From positions 64,001-128,000 of the forward strand of contig CAWCXJ010000007.1 in assembly GCA_963799485.1 (NCBI GenBank): DNA of 64,000 nt, in the 5' to 3' direction. Position 1 is the first letter of the stretch, and each line of letters starts with the position of its first letter. Below, piece by piece: positions 50,674 through 60,227 of this stretch. A program made the translations under genes and the position numbers. The notes under the pieces were generated by a model. That model saw only the letters and a list, made by a program, of their open reading frames with translations, had not been told where the DNA came from and searched no databases. The stretch comes from an uncultured Trueperaceae bacterium. Its GTDB lineage: Bacteria > Deinococcota > Deinococci > Deinococcales > Trueperaceae.

Positions 50674-51186
50674 TTACATTTCAGCGGGCAACAGCTTCCG
50701 AATGAGCAGAATCTGGCCCCGGTGGTTCGTCTCGTCTTCAAAAACATGAAACCATTTGTAGTAGTTGCTTCTAGGTATGTCTCGAGATACATCAACCTCA
50801 TGCAACCAAGCGTCATCACAGTTTTTAAGCCCCGCTAACGTCTGCTCCCTCACACGTTCCAGTTCTGCCAGATAGTGCTCTGAGGGTTGGTCACGGATAG
50901 CTTTGCGCCCAGCTTCACCGAGCGCTTGAGCCGGGGTTTCCCAGTCAACAACTTGATGTTTGATGGTGTCCAAATAGTACCCTTCCTCAACAGCTGCGAT
51001 ATGAGCGAGCAGCATCCCGATAGAGTTGCCCTCCGGATGAGGCAAACGGTCGAGTTGCGCCGTACTCAGGTCTTTTACGGCGTGGAGCGTCTCGTCACGA
51101 ACACAGCGCATCATCCCCAAGAGTCGGCTGATGTGCGGCGTGTAACCGGGCAGGTCTTCAAACAGGAACGGGTTTTGAATCGTCAT
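50674..51186 (-). CDS. DinB/DUF664 family protein
   Basis: NSIGMLLAHIAAVE, NYYKWFHVFEDETNHRGQ. Confidence 0.88.
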   Translation of the reverse strand: MTIQNPFLFEDLPGYTPHISRLLGMMRCVRDETLHAVKDLSTAQLDRLPHPEGNSIGMLLAHIAAVEEGYYLDTIKHQVVDWETPAQALGEAGRKAIRDQPSEHYLAELERVREQTLAGLKNCDDAWLHEVDVSRDIPRSNYYKWFHVFEDETNHRGQILLIRKLLPAEM

Positions 51187-51335
51187 CCCGGTAGTGTAGC
51201 GGGTTGGCGTCCGGTGGGGGCTCGAGTGAACTCACCCTTTTAACCCGCCGTAAAACGTTCATCTGCACCCATGTTCGCCTACGCAGCCGCGTCTACAAAT
51301 AGAGCAAAACCCGTTACAGACAAAGGAGAACGCAA

Positions 51336-51419
51336 ATGGCTCACTATCAAACCGAGCTCGACATCGAAGGCATGACCTGCAACCACTGTATCCGGGCGGT
51401 TCAGGGGGCGCTCGAGCAG
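51336..51419 (+). pseudogene. 5' fragment of a heavy-metal-associated (CopZ-like) protein
   Basis: AAGGAG RBS, MAHYQTELDIEGMTCNHCIRAVQGALEQ (GMxCxxC), then runs into antisense IS630 sequence and stops at 51512. Confidence 0.8.
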
Positions 51420-51965
51420 GGCTGGTGCTTCGACTTTGAGGGCGTAAAGCTGCGGACACGGCTCTTTGCGGGGACGTTTTCGGATTGTCTTATAGCAGCA
51501 GGCGTTTTTTGACAAAGCGTTTCAAAGTGTCTGCACTAAACGACTTGCCCAGAGCGTGTTCCAATTCTGCTCTTGCCACGGCGCGTTGCTGGTTCAGGTT
51601 ACCGTCAGCGGCGGGCCATCTGCGGTGGTGACCTGGCTCGGCAATCACCGCTTTGACCTTTTCAAGGTCAGCCTCCGCGAGAATTGGTTTGCGTCCCCTA
51701 CCCGAGAGGTTTTTCAGCCCTTCAATACTGCGCTGCTTGTAACGTTTCAGCCACATGCTGACTGTGACCTGGTTACAACTCAACTGCTCCGCAACCTCTA
51801 CCGGGGTGCGCCGCTCGCTCTACACCCCTTTACACCGCTGCCGATAGCTATGTGCCTTACCTTTGCGATACTCGCGCTCCCGGGCTTGGCGCTCCGCTTC
51901 GTTCAGCTCAACAAGCTTGACGCGTCCCATCTCAACACCTTGGCTTGTTTCTGCGCAGGTACTAA
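51411..51965 (-). mobile_element. IS630-family remnant (degenerate ORF A, A6 slippery junction, start of ORF B)
   Basis: MGRVKLVELNEAER.., WLKRY..GL..GRGRKPIL, TLKRFVKK then YKTIRKRPRKEPCPQLYALKVEA; left end starts TAGTACC. Confidence 0.8.
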
Positions 51966-51966
51966 G

Positions 51967-52551
51967 CTAAGCAGCGGCTCTGGCAACCGTGGCGACATAC
52001 ACCTGTCCGGCCCCGGCCCCTAAAAGCGTCAACGCACATTCGGTGACGGTAGCGCCGCTCGTCATCACATCATCTACGAGCAGCACCCGCTCGCCGCTGA
52101 GCTGCTGCGAGTGAAACGCTCTTGACACGTTGTCCTCGCGCGCGGCTGCGCCGAGTTTCGCCTGCTGCTGCGTCGTGCGGACGCGCCGCAGCAGGGGGCG
52201 ATAAGTGAGACCGCTATGGGCTGCTGCGCTCTGGGCAACGAGCGCCGACTGGTTATAGCCCCGGTGCAAGTAGCGCGTCACGTGAAGGGGTACCGCGCAC
52301 AACGTATCGACGGGCCACGCCGCCGCTGCCAGTGTAGTGGCTAGCTGTCGTCCGAAAAGTCCGCCGAGCTGCCTTGTGCCGTGAAACTTGTAGGCGCGCA
52401 CAGCGCGCTCCAACTGCCCCCCGTAAACCCCGAGTGAAAGCTCGAAAGGCCCTATCTCCGGTTCGAACAAGCCTTCGGCGCAGCCTTTGCAAATACCGTC
52501 ACGTCCGCTTCCGGCGGTGTGGCAAACAGGGCAGCGAATAAGTCCGTACAT
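51967..52551 (-). CDS. comF: ComF family protein
   Basis: CxxC..CxxC, VPLH..RGYNQS, LLVDDVMTSGAT. Confidence 0.9.
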   Translation of the reverse strand: MYGLIRCPVCHTAGSGRDGICKGCAEGLFEPEIGPFELSLGVYGGQLERAVRAYKFHGTRQLGGLFGRQLATTLAAAAWPVDTLCAVPLHVTRYLHRGYNQSALVAQSAAAHSGLTYRPLLRRVRTTQQQAKLGAAAREDNVSRAFHSQQLSGERVLLVDDVMTSGATVTECALTLLGAGAGQVYVATVARAAA

Positions 52552-52655
52552 CTACCCAGCTTAGTTACCCGACTCTGCTCGACCGGGTGAAATTGACCGC
52601 GAACTTGTCAGTGTGACTTTTTATACGTATCTGGTTGTGGCGTCTAACTATGGCG

Positions 52656-53675
52656 TCAGGTACGGCGCTGCGCGACCTCGGCGAGGGTGTTCAAGATAGT
52701 CTCGGCTGCTCGTTCCGAAAGGTTTTCAAAACATGTTTGTAAAAGCTTCAAGCCGAAATCGGCTTTTTTTTCGGCAACTCCTTGCGCGTAAGCGAGTGAC
52801 CCCGACGCACGCAAGTGCAAGAGCACCCGTTCGACTTCGGTGTAGGTCTTGTGGGCTCGAGGTTTCCCCAAAAGTTCCTTGACCTCGTCCTGCAGCGCAG
52901 GTGCAGCGTGAGCGAAAAAATGCGCCAGCACGAGCGTGCGTTTTCCTTCAAAGAGGTCACCTGCAAACTCTTTGCCGTAAGACACATCGTTCATCAGGTT
53001 CAGTACGTCGTCGCGGATTTGAAAGGCGACGCCGAGCGCACGTCCGGCTTCCATCAACCTGGGGTCGGGGTCGGCTCCCGCGCAGAGTGCGCCCAGTGTA
53101 AGCGGCCCTACGACCGTGTAGTACGCCGACTTGAGCGTGACCATCGCCAGGTAATCGGTTTCGGTGACGTCAAAGCGCCCTTCGGCAACCCAGGCAAGAT
53201 CAAGATGCTGCCCCTCGGCGGTGCGTGAAATCATCTCGTCAAAGGTCTCGACGATGCGCTCTCCCTGTGCGCCCATACGCTGTGTATGACGGAGCAGCGT
53301 CCGCCACATATAGATATGCAGCGCGTCGCCGACGTTGAGGGCGACCGGCACACCGACCTGTTTGTGCAGCGCCGGACGCCCGCGCCGGTCTTCGGAATCG
53401 TCTTCGATGTCGTCGTGGATCAAGACCCAGTTTTGAAACAGCTCCAAAGCTGCTGCCACACCCAAACCCTGCTGCCACGGTGCGCCGTGGGCAGCGGTCG
53501 AAAGAAGTAGCAAGAGACCGCGCAAGCGTTTGCCGCCGCGTTCCGGGTAGTCTCGTAAAAGTGTGTAAAACTGCTTCAGGTCGGGTAGCGGATGCGACGC
53601 GGGAAGTTCACGGAAGATGGCGGCGTCCAGCTCGGTTTGAAGGGGCTCGAGGTCAAAAACATGTGAGACGCTCAC
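52656..53675 (-). CDS. Polyprenyl (geranylgeranyl-type) diphosphate synthase
   Basis: GGKRLR, LIHDDIEDDSEDRRG, EGQHLD, AFQIRDD. Confidence 0.92.
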   Translation of the reverse strand: MSVSHVFDLEPLQTELDAAIFRELPASHPLPDLKQFYTLLRDYPERGGKRLRGLLLLLSTAAHGAPWQQGLGVAAALELFQNWVLIHDDIEDDSEDRRGRPALHKQVGVPVALNVGDALHIYMWRTLLRHTQRMGAQGERIVETFDEMISRTAEGQHLDLAWVAEGRFDVTETDYLAMVTLKSAYYTVVGPLTLGALCAGADPDPRLMEAGRALGVAFQIRDDVLNLMNDVSYGKEFAGDLFEGKRTLVLAHFFAHAAPALQDEVKELLGKPRAHKTYTEVERVLLHLRASGSLAYAQGVAEKKADFGLKLLQTCFENLSERAAETILNTLAEVAQRRT

Positions 53676-53752
53676 GAGCCTGAGTATAGCAAGCTGGGTG
53701 TTACTGCCCGTAGGGAGCGGCTAGTCGAAACGGCAAATGAGCGCTTAAAGCC

Positions 53753-54307
53753 TCAGGGAAGCACCTTTGCGGGGTCGGCTAGAGTTTCCTCGAGCTGCCC
53801 CGTTTCAACCTTGACCGCAAGTTCCGGCTTGGGCGTCAGCGCTGCTAAAAAAGCCTCGTCTACGTGACCTATACCGATAGCAATCAGGGTGATGCCTTGC
53901 GCCCGCGCCAACCGCGCAGCCGCGAGGGTCGCTTCCCGGCTGTTGGGCATGCCGTCGGTAACGAGCAGGATGGTCTTGTCACCGGGCCGCCGCCGAAGCT
54001 GCTTTGTTGCCAACCTGATCGCCTGGGCCATCGCGGTACGTCCGGCGGGCTCGAGCGCCCTCAGTTGCGCCTCAAAACGCGCCGCGTCGCACGACGCCCG
54101 CAATAGGAGTGCGGCGCGGTTGGCAAAGCCGATAATCCCGACCGCGTACTCACGTTTTCGCGCTTCGGCAAAAAGGTGTAACGAGCCCCGTCTGAGTCCC
54201 TCCATCTTGCCCTTGTCGGACATGCTAGCAGACGTGTCGAGAAGCAGATAAACGGTGCCGCAAAGGTGCGGTTGCCGGGTGAGCGCACCGAACCCGCCCC
54301 TGACCAA
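53753..54307 (-). CDS. vWA domain protein (frame open upstream to ATA 54403)
   Basis: MIDAS DTSASMS, GRTAM, LVTDGMPN, IAIGIG. Confidence 0.85.
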   Translation of the reverse strand: MVRGGFGALTRQPHLCGTVYLLLDTSASMSDKGKMEGLRRGSLHLFAEARKREYAVGIIGFANRAALLLRASCDAARFEAQLRALEPAGRTAMAQAIRLATKQLRRRPGDKTILLVTDGMPNSREATLAAARLARAQGITLIAIGIGHVDEAFLAALTPKPELAVKVETGQLEETLADPAKVLP

Positions 54308-54590
54308 GCCCGTTGCCGGCTTGACCTGCCTGACCAGTGCGTCGCCAGCTTGCCCAAGCGTAACGCCGGTCTCAACCTGTTCGTCTTTGCGCTCACTTTT
54401 TATAACGCAATCTTACCGCACAGGTACACGCCGGTTCTAGTACGGTACGCAACCTATAGCAGGCGTTGGGCGGCTTGGCCAGAGTCGAGTCCCGGGAGCA
54501 GTTTCCAAGGAGAGCTTCGTAGCCGCTAGAGCGTTTCATGCGCTATTTGGTAAGCGCTGCCTGCTGCTAAGCTAATCATGGAGGTCAAAA

Positions 54591-55067
54591 ATGAAGGTAT
54601 TTCTAAAACGCACAGTCCTTGCCGTAGCGCTCATGATAGGGTTTGCGGCGGTTGCGGCACAAACAGCTGCGCCCGAGGTCGCGGGCCTCATCACCCGCGA
54701 AAGCCCCCACGATATCGCCGGAACGATGACGCGGCTCGAGCAGGCTTTGGAAACAAACGGCCTGACGGTCGTCGCTACGGTCGACCACAGTGCGAACGCT
54801 GCGGGTGCGGGACTTACGTTGCCGCCGACCTACCTCGTCATCTTCGGCAACCCGAACGCCGGAACCCCGCTGATGCAACAGTCGCGTACCATCGCCATCG
54901 ACCTGCCGCAAAAGATGCTCGTCTGGGAAGACGCGGGTACGGTTTACGTGGCGTACAACGACCCGGCGTACCTCGCCGCGCGGCACGGTCTAGACCCCCA
55001 GGGTGAAGGGATTACCAACATCGCTGCGGCGCTCAGCGGACTTGCAAAAGCGGCGACGGCACCCTGA
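54591..55067 (+). CDS. DUF302 domain secreted protein
   Basis: VDHSANAAGAGLTLPPT..IFGNP.AGTPLMQ..IDLPQKMLVWE. Confidence 0.9.
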   Translation: MKVFLKRTVLAVALMIGFAAVAAQTAAPEVAGLITRESPHDIAGTMTRLEQALETNGLTVVATVDHSANAAGAGLTLPPTYLVIFGNPNAGTPLMQQSRTIAIDLPQKMLVWEDAGTVYVAYNDPAYLAARHGLDPQGEGITNIAAALSGLAKAATAP

Positions 55068-55085
55068 ACAGAGGTTGTCATAGTC

Positions 55086-55478
55086 AACCCGAGCCCGGAG
55101 TTCATATCAGAGCCGGTAGCTGCGACACTTCGTTTGGAAGCTGGACTGAAGGCCTCTTAGGCTGGTGAGTATAGGCGATCAGACCAGCTATGAGGTTAAC
55201 CGCGAAATTGGTCGGACTCCGGTGCCGGGTATGCTCGATTTGAGAGCTGTTTTTAAGCTGGTCATTGATCGTCTCGATATAGTACCCGCACTAGCGGGGG
55301 CCTGGTGGCCCTATACTGATGAAACGCTTGCGGAGCAAAAGCCTGTCGGCAAGCGGTATGAATCTGGCTTTCATGTTTTTACGCAGCGAGGTGATCAGCG
55401 CTAATTTACGTTGATATAGAGTCTCGAATAGAGTTTGAGAAAGATAACCCTTAGCTCCGAAAGGCTTGCCGACCAGCT
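55086..55478 (-). mobile_element. IS982-family 3' remnant
   Basis: Minus strand [66 protein letters not shown], stop at 55102; ACCCG-type end at about 55086. Confidence 0.85.
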
Positions 55479-55547
55479 TTTGCCTTTGGGTGGCGGGTGC
55501 AACACAAGCGTTCCCCGGTCGAACGTCAGCCTGCTGCCTCTTGGCAT
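55473..55547 (-). pseudogene. First 25 codons of a DEAD/DEAH-box (XPB/Rad25-like) helicase fused to IS982 debris
   Basis: MPRGSRLTFDRGTLVLHPPPKGKSW resembles N-termini of this family as I recall them; TAGCCT + 6 nt + ATG. Confidence 0.6.
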
Positions 55548-55632
55548 GACTTTAGGCTAGCACGGGCTGAGGTGGATTTTGGTAGCCGTTTGGAAAGCGC
55601 AACCCGCTGCTCGCGCTGTAGGGATTTTACGG

Positions 55633-55672
55633 GCAACCCCTCGAGACCAGGGCTCGAGGGGTTGCTTTATTT
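55633..55672. terminator. Strong hairpin containing two CTCGAG sites
   Basis: GCAACCCCTCGAG-7nt-CTCGAGGGGTTGC-TTTATTT. Confidence 0.65.
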
Positions 55673-55698
55673 CTGAAAAAGCTTAACGTTTATAGCTA

Positions 55699-56226
55699 TC
55701 ACTCAAACTCTACTTCGACATCTAGGCTGTTTTCGACCCCTGTTCCAGGCAAACCCGCTGCCTCTCTCTGACTTGCTGCTATCAGCGTAACTGAGCCAGG
55801 TTCTGTTGACGTAAACGAGAAGGTGTGTTTCAAAACAACTCCTTCGCCATTCTCAACAATCTGCTCGCCAAAAACCTTCCGGTAACTCTGCCCTTCAGCG
55901 ATGACAATATAAGAAGGAAGTGGTAAATCTTCAAGTGAACATAGACCTCCTCTAGCTTGAATAGGTTGGTCGGCAGTTCGGCTAAAACATGCACCGAGCC
56001 GAAAACTATAGACGATGAGATCAGGCGAAGATGCATCTCCGAGATTGACAAAGCCACCTGTCAAGGTCACTGTAACTTGCTCTCCCACAACTGCTTGAGG
56101 CTTGCTCACGGTAATACTCAAGGGTTCCATAAACCTGCCGTCAACGCGCCTTGTACACGCCGAAAGAGCAAACACGAGCACGACTACCAACAGAAAAATC
56201 TTTCGTACCTCAAATATCTTTAGCAT
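55699..56226 (-). CDS. Hypothetical lipoprotein
   Basis: Hydrophobic signal with LSAC lipobox; ATG overlaps the reconstructed stop of the upstream gene. Confidence 0.75.
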   Translation of the reverse strand: MLKIFEVRKIFLLVVVLVFALSACTRRVDGRFMEPLSITVSKPQAVVGEQVTVTLTGGFVNLGDASSPDLIVYSFRLGACFSRTADQPIQARGGLCSLEDLPLPSYIVIAEGQSYRKVFGEQIVENGEGVVLKHTFSFTSTEPGSVTLIAASQREAAGLPGTGVENSLDVEVEFE

Positions 56227-56675
56227 CCGTCACCAGCCCAAGTCCCCAGATTGTATTTTTTAACAACGCAGTAATTGACCAGCTGAGCGCTGGTTAACCG
56301 AGGCTTGAACATGTTTTTCCACACATCACCAAAGTCGGCTGTGATGCGCCCATTGTTAAAAACTGTGCGACATCACGATACCTTACGCTGATATCAGAGC
56401 TTGACGGCTTTACGGGGTCGATAGAAGACGATTCTCTATTTAAGAGGATTTCTGTGCTGTGGCTGTCAGTAATATCCATGAGAAACTGGGCCACACTACC
56501 TGGTCTATGGCTGCCTAAAGTTTGACTATTACCAGTGGTAGGTCTGAATTCTGGGTCGAAACTATAGTCAACCCGCGCTCCTAGTGCTCTTGTTGAAACG
56601 TTCTCGAACCAGAGGGCAAAACCCTCGAGCATACCTGCACAAAGCCCTTCGATTGCCCACGGCTCCCAGCCGAGA
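56220..56675 (-). pseudogene. 3' part of the disrupted lipoprotein zinc metalloprotease
   Basis: LGWEPWAIEGLCAGMLEGFALWFEN...; a frameshift in the A5 run near 56360 restores NNGRITADFGDVWKN...GDGC-stop overlapping the next ATG. Confidence 0.65.
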
Positions 56676-57750
56676 CAGGGCAACCGCAAAGTCAAGCAGT
56701 GAGGAGCTTAAGCAAATAAGCGCGATCCCAGCCTGCACGTAGGCGCTTAGCCTCGACGCCTGCTTTGATGGACTTGTCGCGTTTAAGCAAGTTGACAGCA
56801 AGATGCCTAAGTGCGACCCAGGTAGCTTGGGCGTTTTTGAGACGTGCCCGTGAGCGGTCTTCGTCAAACGCTACATCGAGAACCCAGTGCAAGCCGTTTT
56901 CGACGCCCCAGTGCAAGCGGGCTGCACGTAGGGCACGCTCAGCATCGAGCGGCAAACTGGTAATGAAGTAACGGCTGTGCGTGGTTGTATAGGTGCCGAC
57001 GGTACGAGTTGCGTGAACGCGCACGATGCCGGTCAAGTCGCGCCAAGTTTCACGCTCGTGCAACCACTCGGGAACGGGTAAAACCCAGCATTCACGGGTC
57101 TCTTCACGCCCATGCCTCTGTTCGGTAGTCTTGGTACGGCTGTGTTCAATGTCCCAGTTAACCTTGTCGGCATAAGCAAAGAAATCCTTGGCATCTGCGT
57201 AGAGCGTTGGATGGTTGTCTTTGAGCGCTAGCAGGTAGTGTGCGTGATGCTCTCTAGCTGTCCAGGCTATCTGTTTCTGACAACCCAGGGCGTCTGTAGT
57301 GACAACCGCCCCGGCGGGGTTTACAACTTCTAAAAGCTCAGGAATGACCGTGATCTCGTTTGTTTTCTCAGGTACTTGCTGCTGGGTCGGCACAACTTCG
57401 AACTGGCTCGACCAAACACTGACAGTATGCAAAGCCCCTCCACCCTCGCTTAAAGAGCCTCTTACCGTCTTGCCGTCCACCGCAAGCACTTCATCCTCCC
57501 TTTCGGCGGGCGCGGGTAGCCCTAGAGTCTGTGTCCAAGACAAAAAGCGGGTCTGCCAAGCAGTAGGATGCAATATCGCAAACAACCGCTCGAAGGTATC
57601 TTGACTTGGAATACCCGACGAAAGCCTGAGAAACTCTCGCAACCACACTTCTTGCGCTAGGGCGTACTGATGTATCTGACTGTAAGTATTAGCTCCGCAA
57701 ATGACCGCCAAAATGCTGATACATACGATGTCTACCAGCTCATGCCGAAT
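56676..57750 (-). mobile_element. ISAs1-family element lacking its 5' end
   Basis: RHELVDI..AVICGA, IPS.DT, AVDGKT.RG, KTNEI, DALGCQ, LKDN, HGR.E.R, RLHWGVENGLHWVLDVAFDEDR; terminal CAGGGC at 56676. Confidence 0.9.
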
Positions 57751-59189
57751 CCTAGTGGCTCAGGTTGAAAAGTGCTCGAATCAGAGGGCAAAACCGTTCG
57801 AGCATACCTGCACAAAGCCCTTCGATTGCCCACGGCTCCCAGCCGAGAGCACCTAAACACGCTGGATAAGTCGGGAGCTGTCCGCGAAGTGTGACGTTCT
57901 GGTGAAGCCGTTCATATTCCGCTCCACCCAACATCCTCCGGTAGTAAACTTCATGACCGAACTCATGAAAAATCAAGGGATCATATCTAGCCCCGGCACT
58001 AGGAATATGCGTCCGACCAACGCCGGACAAGCCGCCAACCCCAATGTAAGGGTAGTAGGTATCCAACGGAAAGGTGTTGTAAAGGTTGTGCGACCTTCTT
58101 TCCCAACCGTAAACTTGATTTATCTTCCAAAACAACCGTTGAGAATCTATGCTAAGTGTATTTCCGTCAGTTCTTACAACAGTTCCGCGTATGTTGTCTG
58201 CATTGAACACTTTTCCACCGGCAGCAATATCTTTTTTCCAAGCAAAAAGCTTTTCCTTAGAAAAGATATCCTTTCCGGTGTGGATATACATGCCGGTGTT
58301 AATCCACGAATCAACCTGAAAACTTACTCTTGTGCTGCAGCTATAGCTGAACTCTACACGACCGTAATCACCGACGTACCGAACTTGTACCGGCTCCGAA
58401 TGAGTATCTATTCTTACTCTGGTACCTTTGATATGGGCAGTAGGATTCTGATCTACAATCGTTTTCAAAGTAATGTATGTCGGCTTGGCGGTACAAGCCT
58501 GTGAAGTAAGTGCTGGCGAACTCTGTAGTGTGGCAGTCTCAATTGTATCTGTGCCGCCATCAAGGACAACAGCATCAAACTTCTTCTCGAGTTTCCCATC
58601 GACGTTTTTGAACTGAACGCCGTCCAAAATATACGCTTTTGGAGGGCTGGGGTCTTCGTTAAACGTTTCAATTTCTGCTTCGGTTCTGGCAACCGGCAAA
58701 GTCTCGTAGTATTCGTTTACAGTTAGCGGCTCACCTGCAGGTTTTTTGTCTTGCGTTTGTAGTTCTGCTCCTTCGATATATGGTTCTTCAAAGTTGGTGT
58801 AAAGAGAACCCATAAGCGTTGCACCGTTGCTACTAAAGGCACTAACATGAAGCGCATCTAGCGCGGGTTGTGTTGCGCGAGCGCTCAACCTAACCTGGGC
58901 ACGTCCAGCTGAATCGGTCGTCAGCTTTGCTTGTGTAACGCTGGGAATTATCCCGCCACCGACTATCTCAAGCTCGAGCTCCTCGTTAGGCGCGGCGTTT
59001 GTTATATCGATGGCAACCGGGAAGGAGTCTCCGAGCGGAATGCTGTTGTCAAGCGATTCCACTGTCAGGGTCGGCGTACTACTTTCTTGTGCTGCTACGA
59101 GCTGTCGTGGTACTGGCGCTTCCGGCACCGCGCGGCATCCGGCAAGTGCCAGACTACCCAAAGAGAAAAAGACTATGTATTGGCTTCAC
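57751..59189 (-). pseudogene. 5' part of a secreted lipoprotein with HEXXH zinc-metalloprotease motif
   Basis: GTG 59189 (AAGGA RBS), +1 frameshift in the signal peptide, LAGC lipobox, IFHEFGHEVY. Confidence 0.7.
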
Positions 59190-59364
59190 ACCAGTTCCTT
59201 TTAGACCAGTGATTTACTAAGCGCCTCAGGTAGATAGATTGCGTTTTCTAAAATCCGCTTAGTTGAGCAAAGTGTAAAGTTAATCCAACTTATTTGCTAC
59301 TTATTTTCCTCATTTTTATTTTCATCTTTTCTTAATTTTTCCCAGTGTGTTGCTCGAGACACAC

Positions 59365-59399
59365 AAACAAATGCCGCCGAAGCGTAGCGGCATTTGTTT
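59365..59399. terminator. Bidirectional-type terminator after ricT
   Basis: AAACAAATGCCGC-9nt-GCGGCATTTGTTT. Confidence 0.8.
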
Positions 59400-59414
59400 C
59401 TCAACCATTTTCGC

Positions 59415-60227
59415 CTAGGTACGTTTAGGGCTCTGAGATTTTTTAGCCCGGAGCTTCTCCGGCGATACCTCTTCATAGCCGCCCTCATCGTAGGCGATGT
59501 CTACCGTGCCCTTAAGAACGTTGAGTTTGACCACGCGCCCACACGCGCCGGTTTCGGTATGGCACGCTTTGGTGCCTTTCTTGGGCAAATCCGCGAGCAG
59601 TTCACGGTACATGTCGTGCTCGAACTGCAAACAGCACATAAGTCGTCCGCAGGGGCCGCTGATCTTTTCAGGGTTTAAGGGGAGCTGCTGGTCACGCGCC
59701 ATCCGAATCGAAACGGTGCTAAAACTTTGCAGCCAGGTCGAGCAGCACGAACCGCTGCCGCACGCGCCCAACGTCCCGATGATGCGCGCCTGGTCACGCG
59801 GGCCGACGTTTTCGAACTCGAGCCTGGCACTCGTCAACGGTGAGAGGTCTTGGACGAGCGGGCGCAAAGACACCTGCTGTTCGGTGCTGTAGGTAATGAG
59901 CAGCAAAGACTCGTCGAGAGTGAACTCGAGCTGCACGATTTTAAGCGGCAGATTACGTTCGCGGGCTCGCGCCTTGAGCAGCCATTTAAGCTCTTCGGCC
60001 TTCTCATTAAGCCGCGCAAAACGCTCGAGGTCGTCGGGTTGCGCGGTGCGGACGAAGTGCCCGCTCGGTTTCTCGGAATGGCAGACCACCGTGCGAACGA
60101 GGCCTAGCTCGAGACCGCGCCGGGTCGAAACCACGCAGCGCGCGCCGACCGCCGGAGCCTGCGTAGGTACCTCGAGATAGTGAAGTTTCGGCCCATTGTC
60201 GAACCGAACACCGATACAGTCGGGCAT
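59415..60227 (-). CDS. ricT: PSP1/RicT (YaaT) Fe-S regulatory protein
   Basis: VGPRDQA, GACG..CC..WL, SIRMARDQQLPLNPEKISGPCGRLMCCL.FE. Confidence 0.9.
   Translation of the reverse strand: MPDCIGVRFDNGPKLHYLEVPTQAPAVGARCVVSTRRGLELGLVRTVVCHSEKPSGHFVRTAQPDDLERFARLNEKAEELKWLLKARARERNLPLKIVQLEFTLDESLLLITYSTEQQVSLRPLVQDLSPLTSARLEFENVGPRDQARIIGTLGACGSGSCCSTWLQSFSTVSIRMARDQQLPLNPEKISGPCGRLMCCLQFEHDMYRELLADLPKKGTKACHTETGACGRVVKLNVLKGTVDIAYDEGGYEEVSPEKLRAKKSQSPKRT

Noticed and set aside
55165..55404. 79-aa plus-strand ORF
   Set aside because: Antisense shadow of the IS982 transposase remnant.
57775..57780. CTCGAA as a HIP-like junction between the protease and ISAs1
   Set aside because: Similarity to the duplicated protease segment continues about 24 bp beyond it, so the breakpoint is probably near 57750 and is ambiguous.
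55653..59358. CTCGAG sites at both edges of the lower-GC island as integration sites
   Set aside because: At about one site per 600 bp, this proximity is expected by chance.
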